Shown one piece after another: positions 37,464-48,517 of a stretch of 64,000 bases of DNA. Source of the stretch: an uncultured Solirubrobacterales bacterium (GTDB taxonomy: Bacteria; Actinomycetota; Thermoleophilia; Solirubrobacterales; JBBDJG01). The notes beneath the pieces were generated by a model. It made no database searches. It was not told where the DNA came from and was given only the letters and a program-made list of their open reading frames with translations. Where the stretch lies: the NCBI GenBank assembly GCA_963774075.1, contig CAVZDP010000005.1:528608-592607 (forward strand), in the 5' to 3' direction. Both the position numbers and the translations under genes were made by a program. The first letter of the stretch is position 1, and each line of letters starts with the position of its first letter.

Positions 37464-37808
37464 TCAGCTCTTCTTCGCGTCGACCGCTCGCTGGAGCTGA
37501 CCCTTGTTCATCCGTGAGCGCCCGGAGATGTTGAGGTGCCTCGCCTCGTTGTAGAGCTGATCGCGGGTCCGACCACGAGGACCCCGGCTACCCGAGCGCA
37601 TGCCGCCACGCCGACCGGAGGAGACGTCCTTGGTCGAGGTCCGCGACCTCGTTCGCGACTCACCTGCCCGCGCCCGCTCCTTGTTGACGGTCCGGGCCGC
37701 GATCTCCTCGGCCTTGTCCTCAGATCGTCCCTGTTCGAGCTGGCTCTCCTTTATGTGCTCGTACTGGCGACTGCGTTTGCTCCCCTTCTTCACTCCGCGT
37801 GGCGGCAT
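37464..37808 (-). CDS. basic protein with a Rho-N-like C-terminal domain
   Basis: MPPRGVKKGSKRSRQYEHIK... ending in TRDQLYNEARHLNISGRSRMNKGQLQRAV (Rho N-terminal/SAP-like helix pair). The internal ATG at 37808 was chosen. Confidence 0.55.
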   Translation of the reverse strand: MPPRGVKKGSKRSRQYEHIKESQLEQGRSEDKAEEIAARTVNKERARAGESRTRSRTSTKDVSSGRRGGMRSGSRGPRGRTRDQLYNEARHLNISGRSRMNKGQLQRAVDAKKS

Positions 37809-37908
37809 CAGGTCGACCTCCTGTTTTTCTAGTGACCTACCACCGATACCCGGGTTCGGCCACCAACACACCGACCTTCCGGGGCCTTCGCCGGGACGCG
37901 GCCCGGCT

Positions 37909-38328
37909 TCAGCCGGTCGAGGACTCGAGCGCCTCGAGCGCCTCGTCCTCGTCGGTGTAGCCACACCCCCACACCAGCTTGTCTTCCTCGACTCGCCAGA
38001 CCCAGTGCGCCGGCGAGTCGATCAGCAGGCCGTCGGCGCCGTGGGCGTAGATGCGGCCCGTCACCAGCACGTGGTCGCCGACGGTCAGGTGCTTCTGCGG
38101 GATCACCCTGAGCTCCGTCCACACTCGCGAGACATCACCGAAGTAGGCTCGGATCCCCTCGTGACCCCTGTACGGCTGGCCCCCTCGCGCGAGCGCGGAC
38201 GTGCCCTGGGGATAGAACTCGATCCGCGGGTGGGCGACCTCGACGAACGCGTCCACGTCACGCCGCGAGAAGGCGTCGAGCGCCTTCTCGATCAGCGAGA
38301 TCGCTTGCTTTGACTCCTGCTCGGGCAC
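37909..38328 (-). CDS. SnoaL/NTF2-like protein
   Basis: LIEKALDAFSRRDVDAFVEVAHPRIEF and the later HVLVTGRIYAHG, WVWRVEEDKLV pattern. Confidence 0.65.
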   Translation of the reverse strand: MPEQESKQAISLIEKALDAFSRRDVDAFVEVAHPRIEFYPQGTSALARGGQPYRGHEGIRAYFGDVSRVWTELRVIPQKHLTVGDHVLVTGRIYAHGADGLLIDSPAHWVWRVEEDKLVWGCGYTDEDEALEALESSTG

Positions 38329-38413
38329 TTCAGTTCCTGGAGCCGGGGGACACCGGCCCGGCGGGGGAACGATAGGGCAGCAGGAAGCCCGGCCCCGCCG
38401 TCACTGCTCCCGG

Positions 38414-38453
38414 AACGTAAGAAGGCCGGGAGCGAGTCTCCTCACTCCCGGCC
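38414..38453 (-). terminator. hairpin GGCCGGGAG-N12-CTCCCGGCC followed by a T-rich tract
   Basis: 9-bp perfect stem about 50 nt downstream of the 38504 stop. The minus strand continues TTCTTACGTT. Confidence 0.45.
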
Positions 38454-38503
38454 TCTGAGGCGCGCTCAGCGCGCTGCTCTCCCCCCTCTGGGGTTCATTC
38501 TTC

Positions 38504-39364
38504 TTACGGAATGAAGATTCCCTGCTCCGCGGTCTTGGTCTCGTCACCCGTTCCACAGAACGGCGGGCAGGGGAGTCCGGTGATGTCGATATTGCCGTCC
38601 GGACCCGAGTCCCTGATCCGGATGTTGTGGATCGCGACGATGCCGCGCTGCATCTCCTTGACCGTACCGGCCAGCAGCGTGTCGATCGTCGTGTTCACGG
38701 TGCAGTTGGAGCCGTTCGCGCCAGCCGTAGCCACGCACGGACCGATCGGTACCGAGAACGTCAGGTCGCTCACTGTCGCGACGCCACATCCAGTACCTGT
38801 GCCGTTACCGCAGACGGTCGCCGGGTTGCCGTTCGAGTGGTCGCTGATGCGAATTATCGACTGCGAGATCAGCTTCCCGGTGTAGTCACCGCCCGCGACC
38901 GGGCAGACCGTGCCGAACGTCACCGCACAACGGACGTCGGTCGCCGAGCCCGCGACCCTGATGTCCTCGGAGTCACCCGCCGTGAGCGAGCACGGCGGCT
39001 GCTCACCTGCGGTTGCACCCGCTGCGAGGTTGCAGATCACGTCCAGACGTGCCGATCCCGAGCCGGCGCCGGTGGTCCCCGTCGTGATCGTGGTGGACTT
39101 CAGAGTCGGCGGCGTACAGGACGGCGCCGTCAGGGGCGCTATGTGTGTCGCGTTCGGTGTGGCCGGGGCCGGGTCATCGGCCGTCGTCGCACCACCACAC
39201 TTGTTGTACGCCGGGACGAGCGGCACACGGAACGGCGAGCCTCCTCCCGGGCGCGGATGAGTCGCAAGCGCGACGCTTCCGAGCAACAGCGCAAAGAGCG
39301 CGGAAATTCCCACCAGAACAGGCATCCTCCGTCTCAAAGCAGAGCGACGGTCAGCATTAGCCAT
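38504..39364 (-). CDS. secreted Cys-rich protein, stand-alone copy of the TolB-like protein's C-terminal domain
   Basis: ATG at 39364 after GGGAGG. Signal peptide MANADRRSALRRRMPVLVGISALFALLLGSVALA. The mature part PRPGGGSPFRVPLVPAYNKC...CPPFCGTGDE aligns along its length with aa 344-559 of the 3141-4820 product. Confidence 0.7.
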   Translation of the reverse strand: MANADRRSALRRRMPVLVGISALFALLLGSVALATHPRPGGGSPFRVPLVPAYNKCGGATTADDPAPATPNATHIAPLTAPSCTPPTLKSTTITTGTTGAGSGSARLDVICNLAAGATAGEQPPCSLTAGDSEDIRVAGSATDVRCAVTFGTVCPVAGGDYTGKLISQSIIRISDHSNGNPATVCGNGTGTGCGVATVSDLTFSVPIGPCVATAGANGSNCTVNTTIDTLLAGTVKEMQRGIVAIHNIRIRDSGPDGNIDITGLPCPPFCGTGDETKTAEQGIFIP

Positions 39365-39591
39365 CAAACCTCCCTCGTTTTCCCTCCAACCTCTGGCAGG
39401 CAGAGCGTCCCACAGCCGGCCACCCATGGTCGTGAAGGCCACGTAAGGATTGGCGCCCCGATCATGAAGATTGCATGAAGGGGCGCGCGGGTTGTGTGGA
39501 GCGAACGGCCGGTTCTGTCATAGCTCGTTGTCTGTCTGGTCCGTCTATATTCAGTGCCGCCGTCCCATTCGTCGGGGCAGCCGACACGGGC

Positions 39592-41142
39592 ATGGACTAC
39601 GCCAGCTTCGCCTCGCAGATCTCGTTTCGGGTCCTCAAGCCGAATGCCGGCCGCGGGCCCGACCGCCGCTTCGCGGTGCCGCGCCCGGAGGGTCCCGACG
39701 CGCGCCTGCTGGAGCTTCCGTACGCCCCCTTCGACGTCTTCAACACGGTCCTGCCCGCCGACCAGCCGGCGCTCGAGCGCCGGCTGGCGCAGGCGCTGGA
39801 GACCCCTCGCATGTCGACCTTCGCGCTCTCCTCGCTGATCAATCGTGCTGTCGGGGCGATGCCCGACGGCGCCGTCTTCGTCAACGTCGGGGTTTGGGTT
39901 GGGTTCAGTCTGTACTCCGGGATGGTCGGCAACGACGAAAAGGTTTGCGTCGGAATCGACAACTTCTCGGAGTTCGGTGGCCCGCGCGACGCTTTCATGA
40001 GTCGCTTCGAGCGCTTCAAGCGACCGGCCCACAGCTTCCACGAGATGGACTATCTCGACTACTTCGCCGAGCTTCACGGCGAGCAGCCGATCGGGGTCTA
40101 CTTCTACGACGGGGACCACGCGTACGAGCATCAGCTGAAGGGGCTCCAGGTAGCGGAGCCGTATTTCACGGAAGGTTGCATCGTGTTCGTCGACGACACC
40201 AACTGGGCGCCGCCGCACGACGCCACCTACGACTTCATGAAATCGAGCGCACGCGAGTATGAGGTGCTGCTCGACCAGCGGACGGGATGCAACGTGCACC
40301 CGACTTTCTGGAACGGCTTGATCGTCTTGCGGGCTGGTCCCAGGAAGGCAGAGGGGTCCTCGAGCGCGCCGACGCGGCCTGAGGTTCGGCGCGTGCCGAG
40401 GCTGCCGGAGTACGGCCCGATCTCCACCGACCCCGAGCCACCGCTCGTCTCCGTCGTGCTGCACAACCGCGTGCCGGACCCCGAGCTGCTGGAGGCGGCG
40501 GTGGAGGCCGCGGTCCAGCAGACATGGCCCGCGCTCGAGGTGATCGTCGCCGACGAGACGGCGACGGATGCCACCGACGCGGTGCTGCAGGCCTACGGGG
40601 ACCGGCTCACCTACCTCGCCGCGGACGAGGATGATGGCGACCTGCTCGAGCGGGCCACCGCCGCAAGCAGCGGCGACTTCATCGCGTTTGCTTCGACCGA
40701 CACCCCGCTTCGACCCACTGCCGTGCACGTGGGCTTGGCGTTCCCCCGCTTCGCGCAGTTCAATGGCGCACAGGCGCTCGTGAGCTACGAGCGCCTGGAG
40801 CAGAGTCTCGAGCTATCGGACGAGATAGCCGCCGCGGTGCCCGCCGGCGAGGCATTCGCCCTCGTCAACGAAGCGCTCCTGATGCCCAACATGGTCAGCT
40901 CGCGAAAGCCGATCCCGTTCTTCGCCAGCGACGGCAAGCCGCCGGTCAGCGCGCCGGTCGATGACGCCGCCGCGGTGGAGGAGGTCGAGCGCCTGCGCCG
41001 CTCGGGCGCCGGCTTCGTGGTGTTCACCTGGCCCGCCTTCGGCTGGCTCGAGCGCTACCCCGGCCTCCACGAGCACCTGCGCTCAACCGCGAGCTGCCCG
41101 GTCGAGAACGATCGCCTCGTGGTATTCGACCTGCGCGGCTGA
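39592..41142 (+). CDS. class I SAM-methyltransferase-like domain fused to a family-2 glycosyltransferase-like domain and an unknown C-terminal domain
   Basis: FVNVGVWVGFSL...YFYDGDHAYEH...VFVDDTNW (Methyltransf_24-like). Then VSVVLHNRVPD...EVIVADE...GDFIAFASTD (GT2-like). ATG at 39592 chosen. Confidence 0.7.
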   Translation: MDYASFASQISFRVLKPNAGRGPDRRFAVPRPEGPDARLLELPYAPFDVFNTVLPADQPALERRLAQALETPRMSTFALSSLINRAVGAMPDGAVFVNVGVWVGFSLYSGMVGNDEKVCVGIDNFSEFGGPRDAFMSRFERFKRPAHSFHEMDYLDYFAELHGEQPIGVYFYDGDHAYEHQLKGLQVAEPYFTEGCIVFVDDTNWAPPHDATYDFMKSSAREYEVLLDQRTGCNVHPTFWNGLIVLRAGPRKAEGSSSAPTRPEVRRVPRLPEYGPISTDPEPPLVSVVLHNRVPDPELLEAAVEAAVQQTWPALEVIVADETATDATDAVLQAYGDRLTYLAADEDDGDLLERATAASSGDFIAFASTDTPLRPTAVHVGLAFPRFAQFNGAQALVSYERLEQSLELSDEIAAAVPAGEAFALVNEALLMPNMVSSRKPIPFFASDGKPPVSAPVDDAAAVEEVERLRRSGAGFVVFTWPAFGWLERYPGLHEHLRSTASCPVENDRLVVFDLRG

Positions 41143-41249
41143 GCCGCCCAAGCGCGGCCGAGCGGGATCAGCACCCGCTGCTAGGCTCTGCCCGCGGGCC
41201 GCACCCCTCGCCTTCAGGGGCCGTCGGGTAGGCGGCGGCCGCGCTTCGC

Positions 41250-41341
41250 GGAGAGGTGTCCGAGCGGCTTAAGGAGCGCGACTGGAAATCGCGTGGGCGG
41301 GGTATTCCCCTGCCTCGAGGGTTCGAATCCCTCCCTCTCCG
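41250..41341 (+). tRNA. tRNA-Ser (anticodon GGA)
   Basis: GGAGAGGTGTCCGAGCGGCTTAAGGAGCGCGACTGGAAATCGCGTGGGCGGGGTATTCCCCTGCCTCGAGGGTTCGAATCCCTCCCTCTCCG. It has a long variable arm and a CTGGAAA anticodon loop. Confidence 0.9.
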
Positions 41342-41404
41342 CCTCCCTCTCGGCCCCCGTCCGGCGGCGCAGGTTCGGGCTTCAGGAACCGCGCGAAGCG
41401 TCCG

Positions 41405-44400
41405 ATGCAGCTATCGGACCCGGGCATGAAGACGCGACCGAACCTGCCGGGAGCGGTCCTGGACAGCCAGGATGCGCTCGACGCTGAGCGCATCGAGGAT
41501 GCACGCTCGCGCTTTGTCGAGATCTCCGGCGACCTGCTCGCGATCGCCGGGTTCGACGGCCGCCTGAAGTGGGTCAATCCCGCCTACGAGCGCGCCACCG
41601 GACTCGACCGAACCGAGCTCGTGGGCATGCCGTACCTCGACCTGGTGCACCCCGAGGACCGCGACACCGCGATTGCCCAAGCGGCGCGGCTGTCGGCGCG
41701 CGGCGGCTCGGCCGCCTATGAGCTTCGTCTTCGCTGTCACGGCGACTCCCACCGCTGGTTCCTCGTGACCGCCACGGTTCAGGAAGAGGAAGAGCTCGTC
41801 TACACCGTCGCCAAGGACATCACCGAGCGCCGGCGCGTCGAGGGCGAGGGCACGAGCTTCATGGAGCTCTCCCTGGACCTGCTTGCGATCGGCGACTTCA
41901 ACGGTCGCTTCACGCGCGTCAACCCGGCCTTCGAGAGGGCTACCGGCTACAGCGCCGAGCACCTCGCGGGCGAGCCATACATCGACTACTTCCATCCCGA
42001 GGACCGCGAGCGGGTGTTCGCGGAGTCGCGCAAGCTGACCGAGCCGGGCGCGGAGATGCGCGACTTCAGCGCGCGTCTCGCCTGCAAGGACGGGTCCTAC
42101 CGGACCATCCTCTGGAGCGCCGCCGCCGACGTGGACGAGGGCCTGATATTCGCGGTCGGCCGGGACGAGACCGGCCTGGCGCAGTCCGAGGATGTGCTGC
42201 GCGAGGCGGACGAGCGCTTCCGAAGCGTCTTCGACCAGGCACCGATCGGGATGGCTCTCGTCAGCCTCGAGCAGGAGGGCGCAGGCGTTTTCCTGCGCGT
42301 CAACCAGGCGCTGTGCGAGATCACCGGCTACCCCGAGGAGAAGCTGATCGGGAAGGGCTTCCACTCGATCGCACACCCGGACGACTACGACCCGAATCTG
42401 CACTACGTGCCCTGGATGCAGGCTGGCGAGGTCTCCGTGTACGAGGTGGAGAAGCGACTGATCCACGCCGGCGGTGAGCCCCTGTGGGCGCAGCTCACCA
42501 CTTCGCTGGTGCAGGACGCGCATGGGCGACCCCTCTACCTGATCTGCCAGGTCCAGGACATCACCAAGCGCAAGCAAGCCGAGCGCGACGTCGTCGAGAG
42601 CCGCGAGCGCCTCCAGGCGATCATCGACAACACCACCGCCGTCATATGCACGAAAGACCGTGAGGGTCGCTACCGACTCGTCAACAGGCGCTTCGAGACC
42701 CTGCACGGAGTCGACCGCGAGGCGGTCGTCGGCAAGACCGACCACGACCTGTTCCCCGAGGAGCTGGCCGAGGCGCGTCGCTCGGACGACCTGCAGGTCC
42801 TGCACAGCGACCTCACCCTGGAGCTCGAAGAGGTGGTGCCGGCCGAGAACGGTCCACGGACGTACCTGACCACGAAGTTCCCCCTGCTCGACCCGGCCCG
42901 CTCGATGAGGACGCCCTACGCGGTCTGCGCGGTCTCCACCGACATCACGGAGCGAAAGAGAGCCGAGGAGGCTCTGAGAGCGAGCGAGGAGCATTTCCGC
43001 CAGATCGTCAGTACCGCTCACGACGCGTTCGTGGCGATCGATGCCTCGGGCGTGATCACGGACTGGAATCCGCAGGCCGAACGCACCTTCGGATGGTCGA
43101 AGCAGGAGGCGGTCGGCCAGAGCCTCGCAGCAACGATCATCCCGCTCCGCTACAGGGAGATGCACTACAGGGGGCTGGAGAGCTTCCTCCACACGGGCCG
43201 CGGGCCCCTCTTCGACCGTCGCGTCGAGATGGAGGCGCTGCATCGCGACGGGCACGAGTTCCCCGTCGAGATGACCGTCACGCCGCTACGCGTGAACGGC
43301 GAGTACTTCTTCAACGCCTTCCTGCACGACATCAGCGAGCGAAAGCGTGCCGAGGCGCAGATACGCCAGCTCGCCGGCATCGTCGAGTCGTCGGCCGACG
43401 CGATCGTGGCGACGACGCCGAAGGGCACGATCACGGCATGGAACCGTGGCGCGGAGCGCCAGTACGGATACTCGCCGGCCGAGGCGGTCGGCAGGCCGAT
43501 CAGCATTCTGGATCCGCCGGACCGGCCGGGCGAGGAGGAGGAGATCCTCGCTCGGGCCGCCGCTGGACACGACATCACCCAGCTCGAGACCCTCGGCCGG
43601 CGCAAGGACGGCCACCTGGTCGACGTGTCCCTCACCGTTTCGCCGATCCGCGGCCAGGACGGAGAGCTCGTCGGCGTCTCCTACATCGCGCGCGACATCA
43701 GCGAGCGAAAGCGCGCGGAGCGCGCGCTGCGCGAGGTTCAGGAGGGCTTCCGGGCGGCCTTCGAGGACGCGCCGATCGGCGTGGCACTCGAGACGGTCGA
43801 CGGCGACGGGGACGCTCGCCTGCTGCAGGTGAACCGCTCGCTCTGCGAGATCACCGGCTTCTCGACCCGCGACCTGCTCGGCATGACGCTCGAGGAGATC
43901 ACGCACCCCGACGATCGGGAGGCCGACCGCGAGGCGGCAACGAGGCTCCGCGCCGGCGAGATCCTCAACTACCGCCTCGAGAAGCGCTACCTGCGAAAAG
44001 GCGGCGGCGTGGTTTGGGTGATGCACAGCGCCTCGACCGTCCATGACACCTCGGGGCGGCTGCTCTACGGCATCGCACAGGTGGAGGACATCTCCGAGCG
44101 CAGGAACGCCCAGGAGAGCCTCGCCCGCGCGCACGGCGAGCTCGAGCGCCGCGCCGGCGAACTCGAACGCTCCAACGCGGACCTCCAGCAGTTTGCCTAC
44201 GCCGCGTCGCACGACCTCTCCGAGCCGCTGCGGATGGTCTCCAGCTACGTGCAGCTTCTGGGGAAGCGCTACGGCGGCAAGCTCGATTCCGATGCCGACG
44301 AGTTCATCGGCTTCGCCGTGGACGGCGTGGCGCGCATGCAGGCGCTGATCGACGGGCTGCTCATGTACTCACGTGCCGGCACGTCGGAATACGCGATCGG

Positions 44401-44881
44401 GCCGGTCGACTGCTCGGAGATCGCCGAGGCGACGCTGATCATGCTGAAGGCGAGCATCGAGGAGAAGGACGCCGACGTGATTCTCGAAACGCTGCCAACC
44501 GTCCAGGGGGACGCAGCCCAACTCGCCCAGCTCTTTCAGAACCTGATCGGGAACGCGATCAAGTTCGTGCCCGACCGCCGGCCGGAGGTTCGCGTCTCGA
44601 GCGAGCGGGACGGCTCGGGATGGCACTTCACGGTCTCCGACAACGGGATCGGGATCGATTCTCAGCACGTGGAGCGCATCTTCAGCGTCTTCCAGCGCCT
44701 CCACGGCAGAGGCGAATACCCCGGCAGCGGCATCGGGCTTGCGATCTGCAAGCGAATCGTCGAGCGCCACGGGGGCCGCATCTGGGTCGAGTCGACCCCC
44801 GGAGAGGGCAGCAGCTTCCATTTCACGATTCTCGACGCCTTGCCGACTGCCGATAACCATGAGGAAGAGGCCCCCGGCTGA
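41405..44881 (+). CDS. multi-PAS sensor histidine kinase
   Basis: Seven or more PAS-like repeats, each ending in DI(T/S)ERK(R/Q)AE. Then HisKA (FAYAASHDLSEPLR) and HATPase (NLIGNAIKF, DNGIGI, GSGIGLAICKRIV). Confidence 0.85.
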   Translation: MQLSDPGMKTRPNLPGAVLDSQDALDAERIEDARSRFVEISGDLLAIAGFDGRLKWVNPAYERATGLDRTELVGMPYLDLVHPEDRDTAIAQAARLSARGGSAAYELRLRCHGDSHRWFLVTATVQEEEELVYTVAKDITERRRVEGEGTSFMELSLDLLAIGDFNGRFTRVNPAFERATGYSAEHLAGEPYIDYFHPEDRERVFAESRKLTEPGAEMRDFSARLACKDGSYRTILWSAAADVDEGLIFAVGRDETGLAQSEDVLREADERFRSVFDQAPIGMALVSLEQEGAGVFLRVNQALCEITGYPEEKLIGKGFHSIAHPDDYDPNLHYVPWMQAGEVSVYEVEKRLIHAGGEPLWAQLTTSLVQDAHGRPLYLICQVQDITKRKQAERDVVESRERLQAIIDNTTAVICTKDREGRYRLVNRRFETLHGVDREAVVGKTDHDLFPEELAEARRSDDLQVLHSDLTLELEEVVPAENGPRTYLTTKFPLLDPARSMRTPYAVCAVSTDITERKRAEEALRASEEHFRQIVSTAHDAFVAIDASGVITDWNPQAERTFGWSKQEAVGQSLAATIIPLRYREMHYRGLESFLHTGRGPLFDRRVEMEALHRDGHEFPVEMTVTPLRVNGEYFFNAFLHDISERKRAEAQIRQLAGIVESSADAIVATTPKGTITAWNRGAERQYGYSPAEAVGRPISILDPPDRPGEEEEILARAAAGHDITQLETLGRRKDGHLVDVSLTVSPIRGQDGELVGVSYIARDISERKRAERALREVQEGFRAAFEDAPIGVALETVDGDGDARLLQVNRSLCEITGFSTRDLLGMTLEEITHPDDREADREAATRLRAGEILNYRLEKRYLRKGGGVVWVMHSASTVHDTSGRLLYGIAQVEDISERRNAQESLARAHGELERRAGELERSNADLQQFAYAASHDLSEPLRMVSSYVQLLGKRYGGKLDSDADEFIGFAVDGVARMQALIDGLLMYSRAGTSEYAIGPVDCSEIAEATLIMLKASIEEKDADVILETLPTVQGDAAQLAQLFQNLIGNAIKFVPDRRPEVRVSSERDGSGWHFTVSDNGIGIDSQHVERIFSVFQRLHGRGEYPGSGIGLAICKRIVERHGGRIWVESTPGEGSSFHFTILDALPTADNHEEEAPG

Positions 44882-44971
44882 ACCCCGGATCGAGCCGAGT
44901 AGCCGAATTTTCGATTAGCGACAAAGCACGCAAGCCCGAGGAAGGACACAGGGCGTATCCGCTCTAGCTAG

Positions 44972-45454
44972 ATGACCGTCACGTCCCCGTTCCCCAAGAT
45001 CTACCCGACGTCGCACAGGCCCACCGACCGCGGCGTGGACATCCTGCTGGTCGAGGACAACCCGGCCGACGTGCGCCTGACGCGAGAGGTACTCGAGGAC
45101 GGCGACGGCGCGACGCGGCTGAACGTGGTCGGCGACGGCGAGGAGGCCATGGCGTTCCTTCGCAAAGAGGGTCCCTATGCCCACTGTCCCCGCCCGAGCC
45201 TCGTGCTGCTGGACCTGAACCTGCCCAAGAAGGACGGGCGCGAGGTGCTCGAGGAACTCAAGTCCGATGACGCGCTCCGCCGCATCCCGGTGGTGGTGCT
45301 CACCACCTCGGGCGCCGAGTCCGACATCTCGCGCTCCTACGAGCTCCACGCCAATTGCTTCATAACCAAGCCCCTGGACCTGGACGATTTCTTCAGCGTC
45401 GTGCGGTCGATCAAGGACTTCTGGCTCGCAAGCGCGCGACTCCCCTCGGTCTGA
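44972..45454 (+). CDS. single-domain response regulator
   Basis: [24 protein letters not shown] and ANCFITKP. Lies directly downstream of the kinase. Confidence 0.85.
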   Translation: MTVTSPFPKIYPTSHRPTDRGVDILLVEDNPADVRLTREVLEDGDGATRLNVVGDGEEAMAFLRKEGPYAHCPRPSLVLLDLNLPKKDGREVLEELKSDDALRRIPVVVLTTSGAESDISRSYELHANCFITKPLDLDDFFSVVRSIKDFWLASARLPSV

Positions 45455-45456
45455 GC

Positions 45457-47172
45457 ATGGATCTGACGATGCACAAGCCGAAGACCTTCCCGATCCTTCT
45501 GGTCGAGGACAATCCGGGGGACGCCCGCCTCGTGCGTGAGATGCTGGCCGATGTCACGAACGCGCAATTCGACGTCGAGCACGTCGAGCGCCTCGCCGAG
45601 GCGCGCGAGCGGCTGATGCAAAACGGCAGCGGTTGCGTGTTGCTGGACCTGTCTTTGCCGGACGCCAACCGCCTCGAGGCGCTGATGCAGCTACGCGCCG
45701 CGGCTCCCAACGTGCCGATCGTGATCCTCAGCGGCCTCCAAGACGAGCTGCTCGCCGTCAAGGCGGTCCAGGAAGGCGCGCAGGACTACCTCATCAAGGG
45801 CCGCGTGGACGGAGACTCCCTCGGGCGGTCGATCAGCTACGCGATCGAGCGCAAGCAGTCGGAGATGGATCTCGCGCGGCGCGCGATGCACGACTCGCTC
45901 ACGGGCCTTCCGAACCGGGCGCTCTTCCTCGACCGGCTCATCCATGCGGTCGCGTGGTCGCGACGCCACCACTCGACGTTCTCGGTTCTGTTCGTCGACA
46001 TCGACCGCTTCAAGGTCGTGAACGACTCGCTGGGTACCAAGACCGGGGACCAGGTGCTCATCGAGGTGGCGCGCAGGCTCGGCGCGGCGCTTCGCAACAC
46101 GGACACGGCCGCACGCTTCGGCGGCGACGAGTTCATCGTGCTCTGCGAAGAGATCAGCGACGAGCAGCAGGCGGTCCGCGTCGCCGAGCGCATCATAAAG
46201 AGCGTCGAGGCGCCGTTCGAGCTGGAAGCCGACACCATCCACGTCACCGCCAGCATCGGCATCGTGGTCGCCACGGGCACGGATGTGGACGAGCCCGAGG
46301 CGCTCGTGCGCGAGGCGGATTCGGCCATGTACCGGGCCAAGAAGCGCGGCGTGAGTTGTGAGCTGTTCGACAACGACCTGCGCAGCCGGGTCGCCGAGCG
46401 CAAGCAGATCGAGGCGGACCTCCGGGACGCCATCGAGCGCAAGGAGTTTCGCGTCCTCTACCAACCTCAGATCGACCTTCGAAGCGGCGAGATCTTCGGG
46501 GTGGAGGCCCTCGTTCGGTGGGACCATCCAGAGCGAGGCCTGCTCGAGCCGTCGGAGTTCCTGTGGCTGGCCGAGGAGACCGGGCTGATCGTCTCGATCG
46601 GGACGTGGGTCCTCGAACAGGCCCTGGAGCAGGGACGCCGCTGGCTCGCCGCTGCGCCCGACAAGCCGCTCAAGATCAGCGTCAACCTATCCGCGCGCCA
46701 GCACGCGGATCCGAACCTCCTCCACGTCGTCGAGCGCGCGCTCGAGGGCACCGGTGTCGATGCGCAGCACCTGTGCCTCGAGATCACCGAGACCGTGATG
46801 ATGGAGGACGTCGAGGCATCGTCCGAGACGCTGAAGGCTCTGAAGGCAATCGGCGTCGAAATCAGCGTCGACGACTTCGGCAGTGGCTACTCATCGCTCG
46901 GCTCGCTCAAGCGCTTCCCCGTGGACACGCTCAAGGTTGACCGCTCGTTCGTTGCCGGCCTCGACGGCGGCACGGCCGGCGAGGACGTGGCGATCGTCAC
47001 GGCCGTCATCAGCCTCGCCCATACGCTCGGCTTGAAGGCCGTGGCGGAAGGCGTCGAGACGGCCGAGCAGCTCGAGCAGCTTCGCGCGCTCGACTGTGAC
47101 ATCGCCCAAGGGTTCTACTTCGCCCGGCCCCGCCCGGCGGCGGCCATAGACGAGCTGCTCGGCGCCGAGTAA
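45457..47172 (+). CDS. response regulator with GGDEF and EAL domains
   Basis: Receiver ([19 protein letters not shown]), then GGDEF (RFGGDEFIV) and EAL (GVEALVRW, DDFGSGYSSL). The ATG lies 3 nt after the previous stop. Confidence 0.9.
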   Translation: MDLTMHKPKTFPILLVEDNPGDARLVREMLADVTNAQFDVEHVERLAEARERLMQNGSGCVLLDLSLPDANRLEALMQLRAAAPNVPIVILSGLQDELLAVKAVQEGAQDYLIKGRVDGDSLGRSISYAIERKQSEMDLARRAMHDSLTGLPNRALFLDRLIHAVAWSRRHHSTFSVLFVDIDRFKVVNDSLGTKTGDQVLIEVARRLGAALRNTDTAARFGGDEFIVLCEEISDEQQAVRVAERIIKSVEAPFELEADTIHVTASIGIVVATGTDVDEPEALVREADSAMYRAKKRGVSCELFDNDLRSRVAERKQIEADLRDAIERKEFRVLYQPQIDLRSGEIFGVEALVRWDHPERGLLEPSEFLWLAEETGLIVSIGTWVLEQALEQGRRWLAAAPDKPLKISVNLSARQHADPNLLHVVERALEGTGVDAQHLCLEITETVMMEDVEASSETLKALKAIGVEISVDDFGSGYSSLGSLKRFPVDTLKVDRSFVAGLDGGTAGEDVAIVTAVISLAHTLGLKAVAEGVETAEQLEQLRALDCDIAQGFYFARPRPAAAIDELLGAE

Positions 47173-47228
47173 TCTTTCACCTGGCCGGCGCACGGAGCGC
47201 CGGATCAGTGCTAGCAATCGGGGTAGGC

Positions 47229-47693
47229 ATGTCCGAGCGAAACGTCGAGCTCGTCCGCTCGCTCACGAAGTCGTGGAACAGCGTGGGTGATCCCTCGTTG
47301 CACGTCTACCATGCCGATGCCGAGTTCGACTTCAGCGGCTGGGATTTCGACATCCACGGCACCTTCCAAGGCCTGCCGGCGATCGGTGAGGCGCTCGGCT
47401 CCCTCGCGGACACCTGGGAGGAAATGCGGGTGGACCCACAGGAGTTCATCGACGCGGGCGACAAGGTCCTGTTCGTCGGCCGTTTCCTGGCCCGGCGGCG
47501 CGATACGGGCCTCGAGGTGAGCGACTCGGGCACCTGCGTCTTCACGTTCCGCGACGACAAGATCTCGCGCTTCGACCTCTACCGCGACCACGCCTCCGCG
47601 CTGGCCGACGCAGGCGTGAAACAGGCGGCGGGAGTATCTAGCCGCCTTCCGGCGGACAGCGTAAACTCCGCCTACAGAAAAACCCCGCGTTAG
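47229..47693 (+). CDS. SnoaL/NTF2-like protein (C-terminal tail reads through a repeat element)
   Basis: NVELVRSLTKSWNS...VLFVGRFLARRRDTGLEVSDSGTCVFTFRDDKISRFDLY. The last ~20 codons overlap repeat copy C and a terminator hairpin. Confidence 0.6.
   Translation: MSERNVELVRSLTKSWNSVGDPSLHVYHADAEFDFSGWDFDIHGTFQGLPAIGEALGSLADTWEEMRVDPQEFIDAGDKVLFVGRFLARRRDTGLEVSDSGTCVFTFRDDKISRFDLYRDHASALADAGVKQAAGVSSRLPADSVNSAYRKTPR
47633..47676 (+). repeat. REP-like hairpin motif, copy C (variant with a 12-nt insertion)
   Basis: GTATCTAGCCGCCTTCCGGCGGACA[GCGTAAACTCCG]CCTACAG shares both flanks and the hairpin with copies A and B. Confidence 0.45.
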
Positions 47694-47705
47694 CGGGGCT
47701 TTTCC
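47678..47705 (+). terminator. rho-independent terminator (CCCCGC-gtta-GCGGGG followed by CTTTT)
   Basis: A-tract, 6-bp GC stem, tetraloop and T-tract at the end of the 47229 gene. Confidence 0.55.
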
Positions 47706-47833
47706 GAGTGAGGACGGAAGCGAAGGCCAGGGAGCCTCCACTCCCGGCCCTTGTCCGTGGCGAGTAGCGTGCCAGAGCGCCCATCAAGCCCGCGTGAGGA
47801 TTGACGGCGAACTCCTGAAGATTTTATGAAGGG

Positions 47834-48513
<680 letters not shown>

Positions 48514-48517
<4 letters not shown>

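Noticed and set aside
41411-43255. 614-aa minus-strand ORF
   Set aside because: It is antisense to the multi-PAS kinase, whose PAS/HisKA/HATPase motifs are unambiguous.
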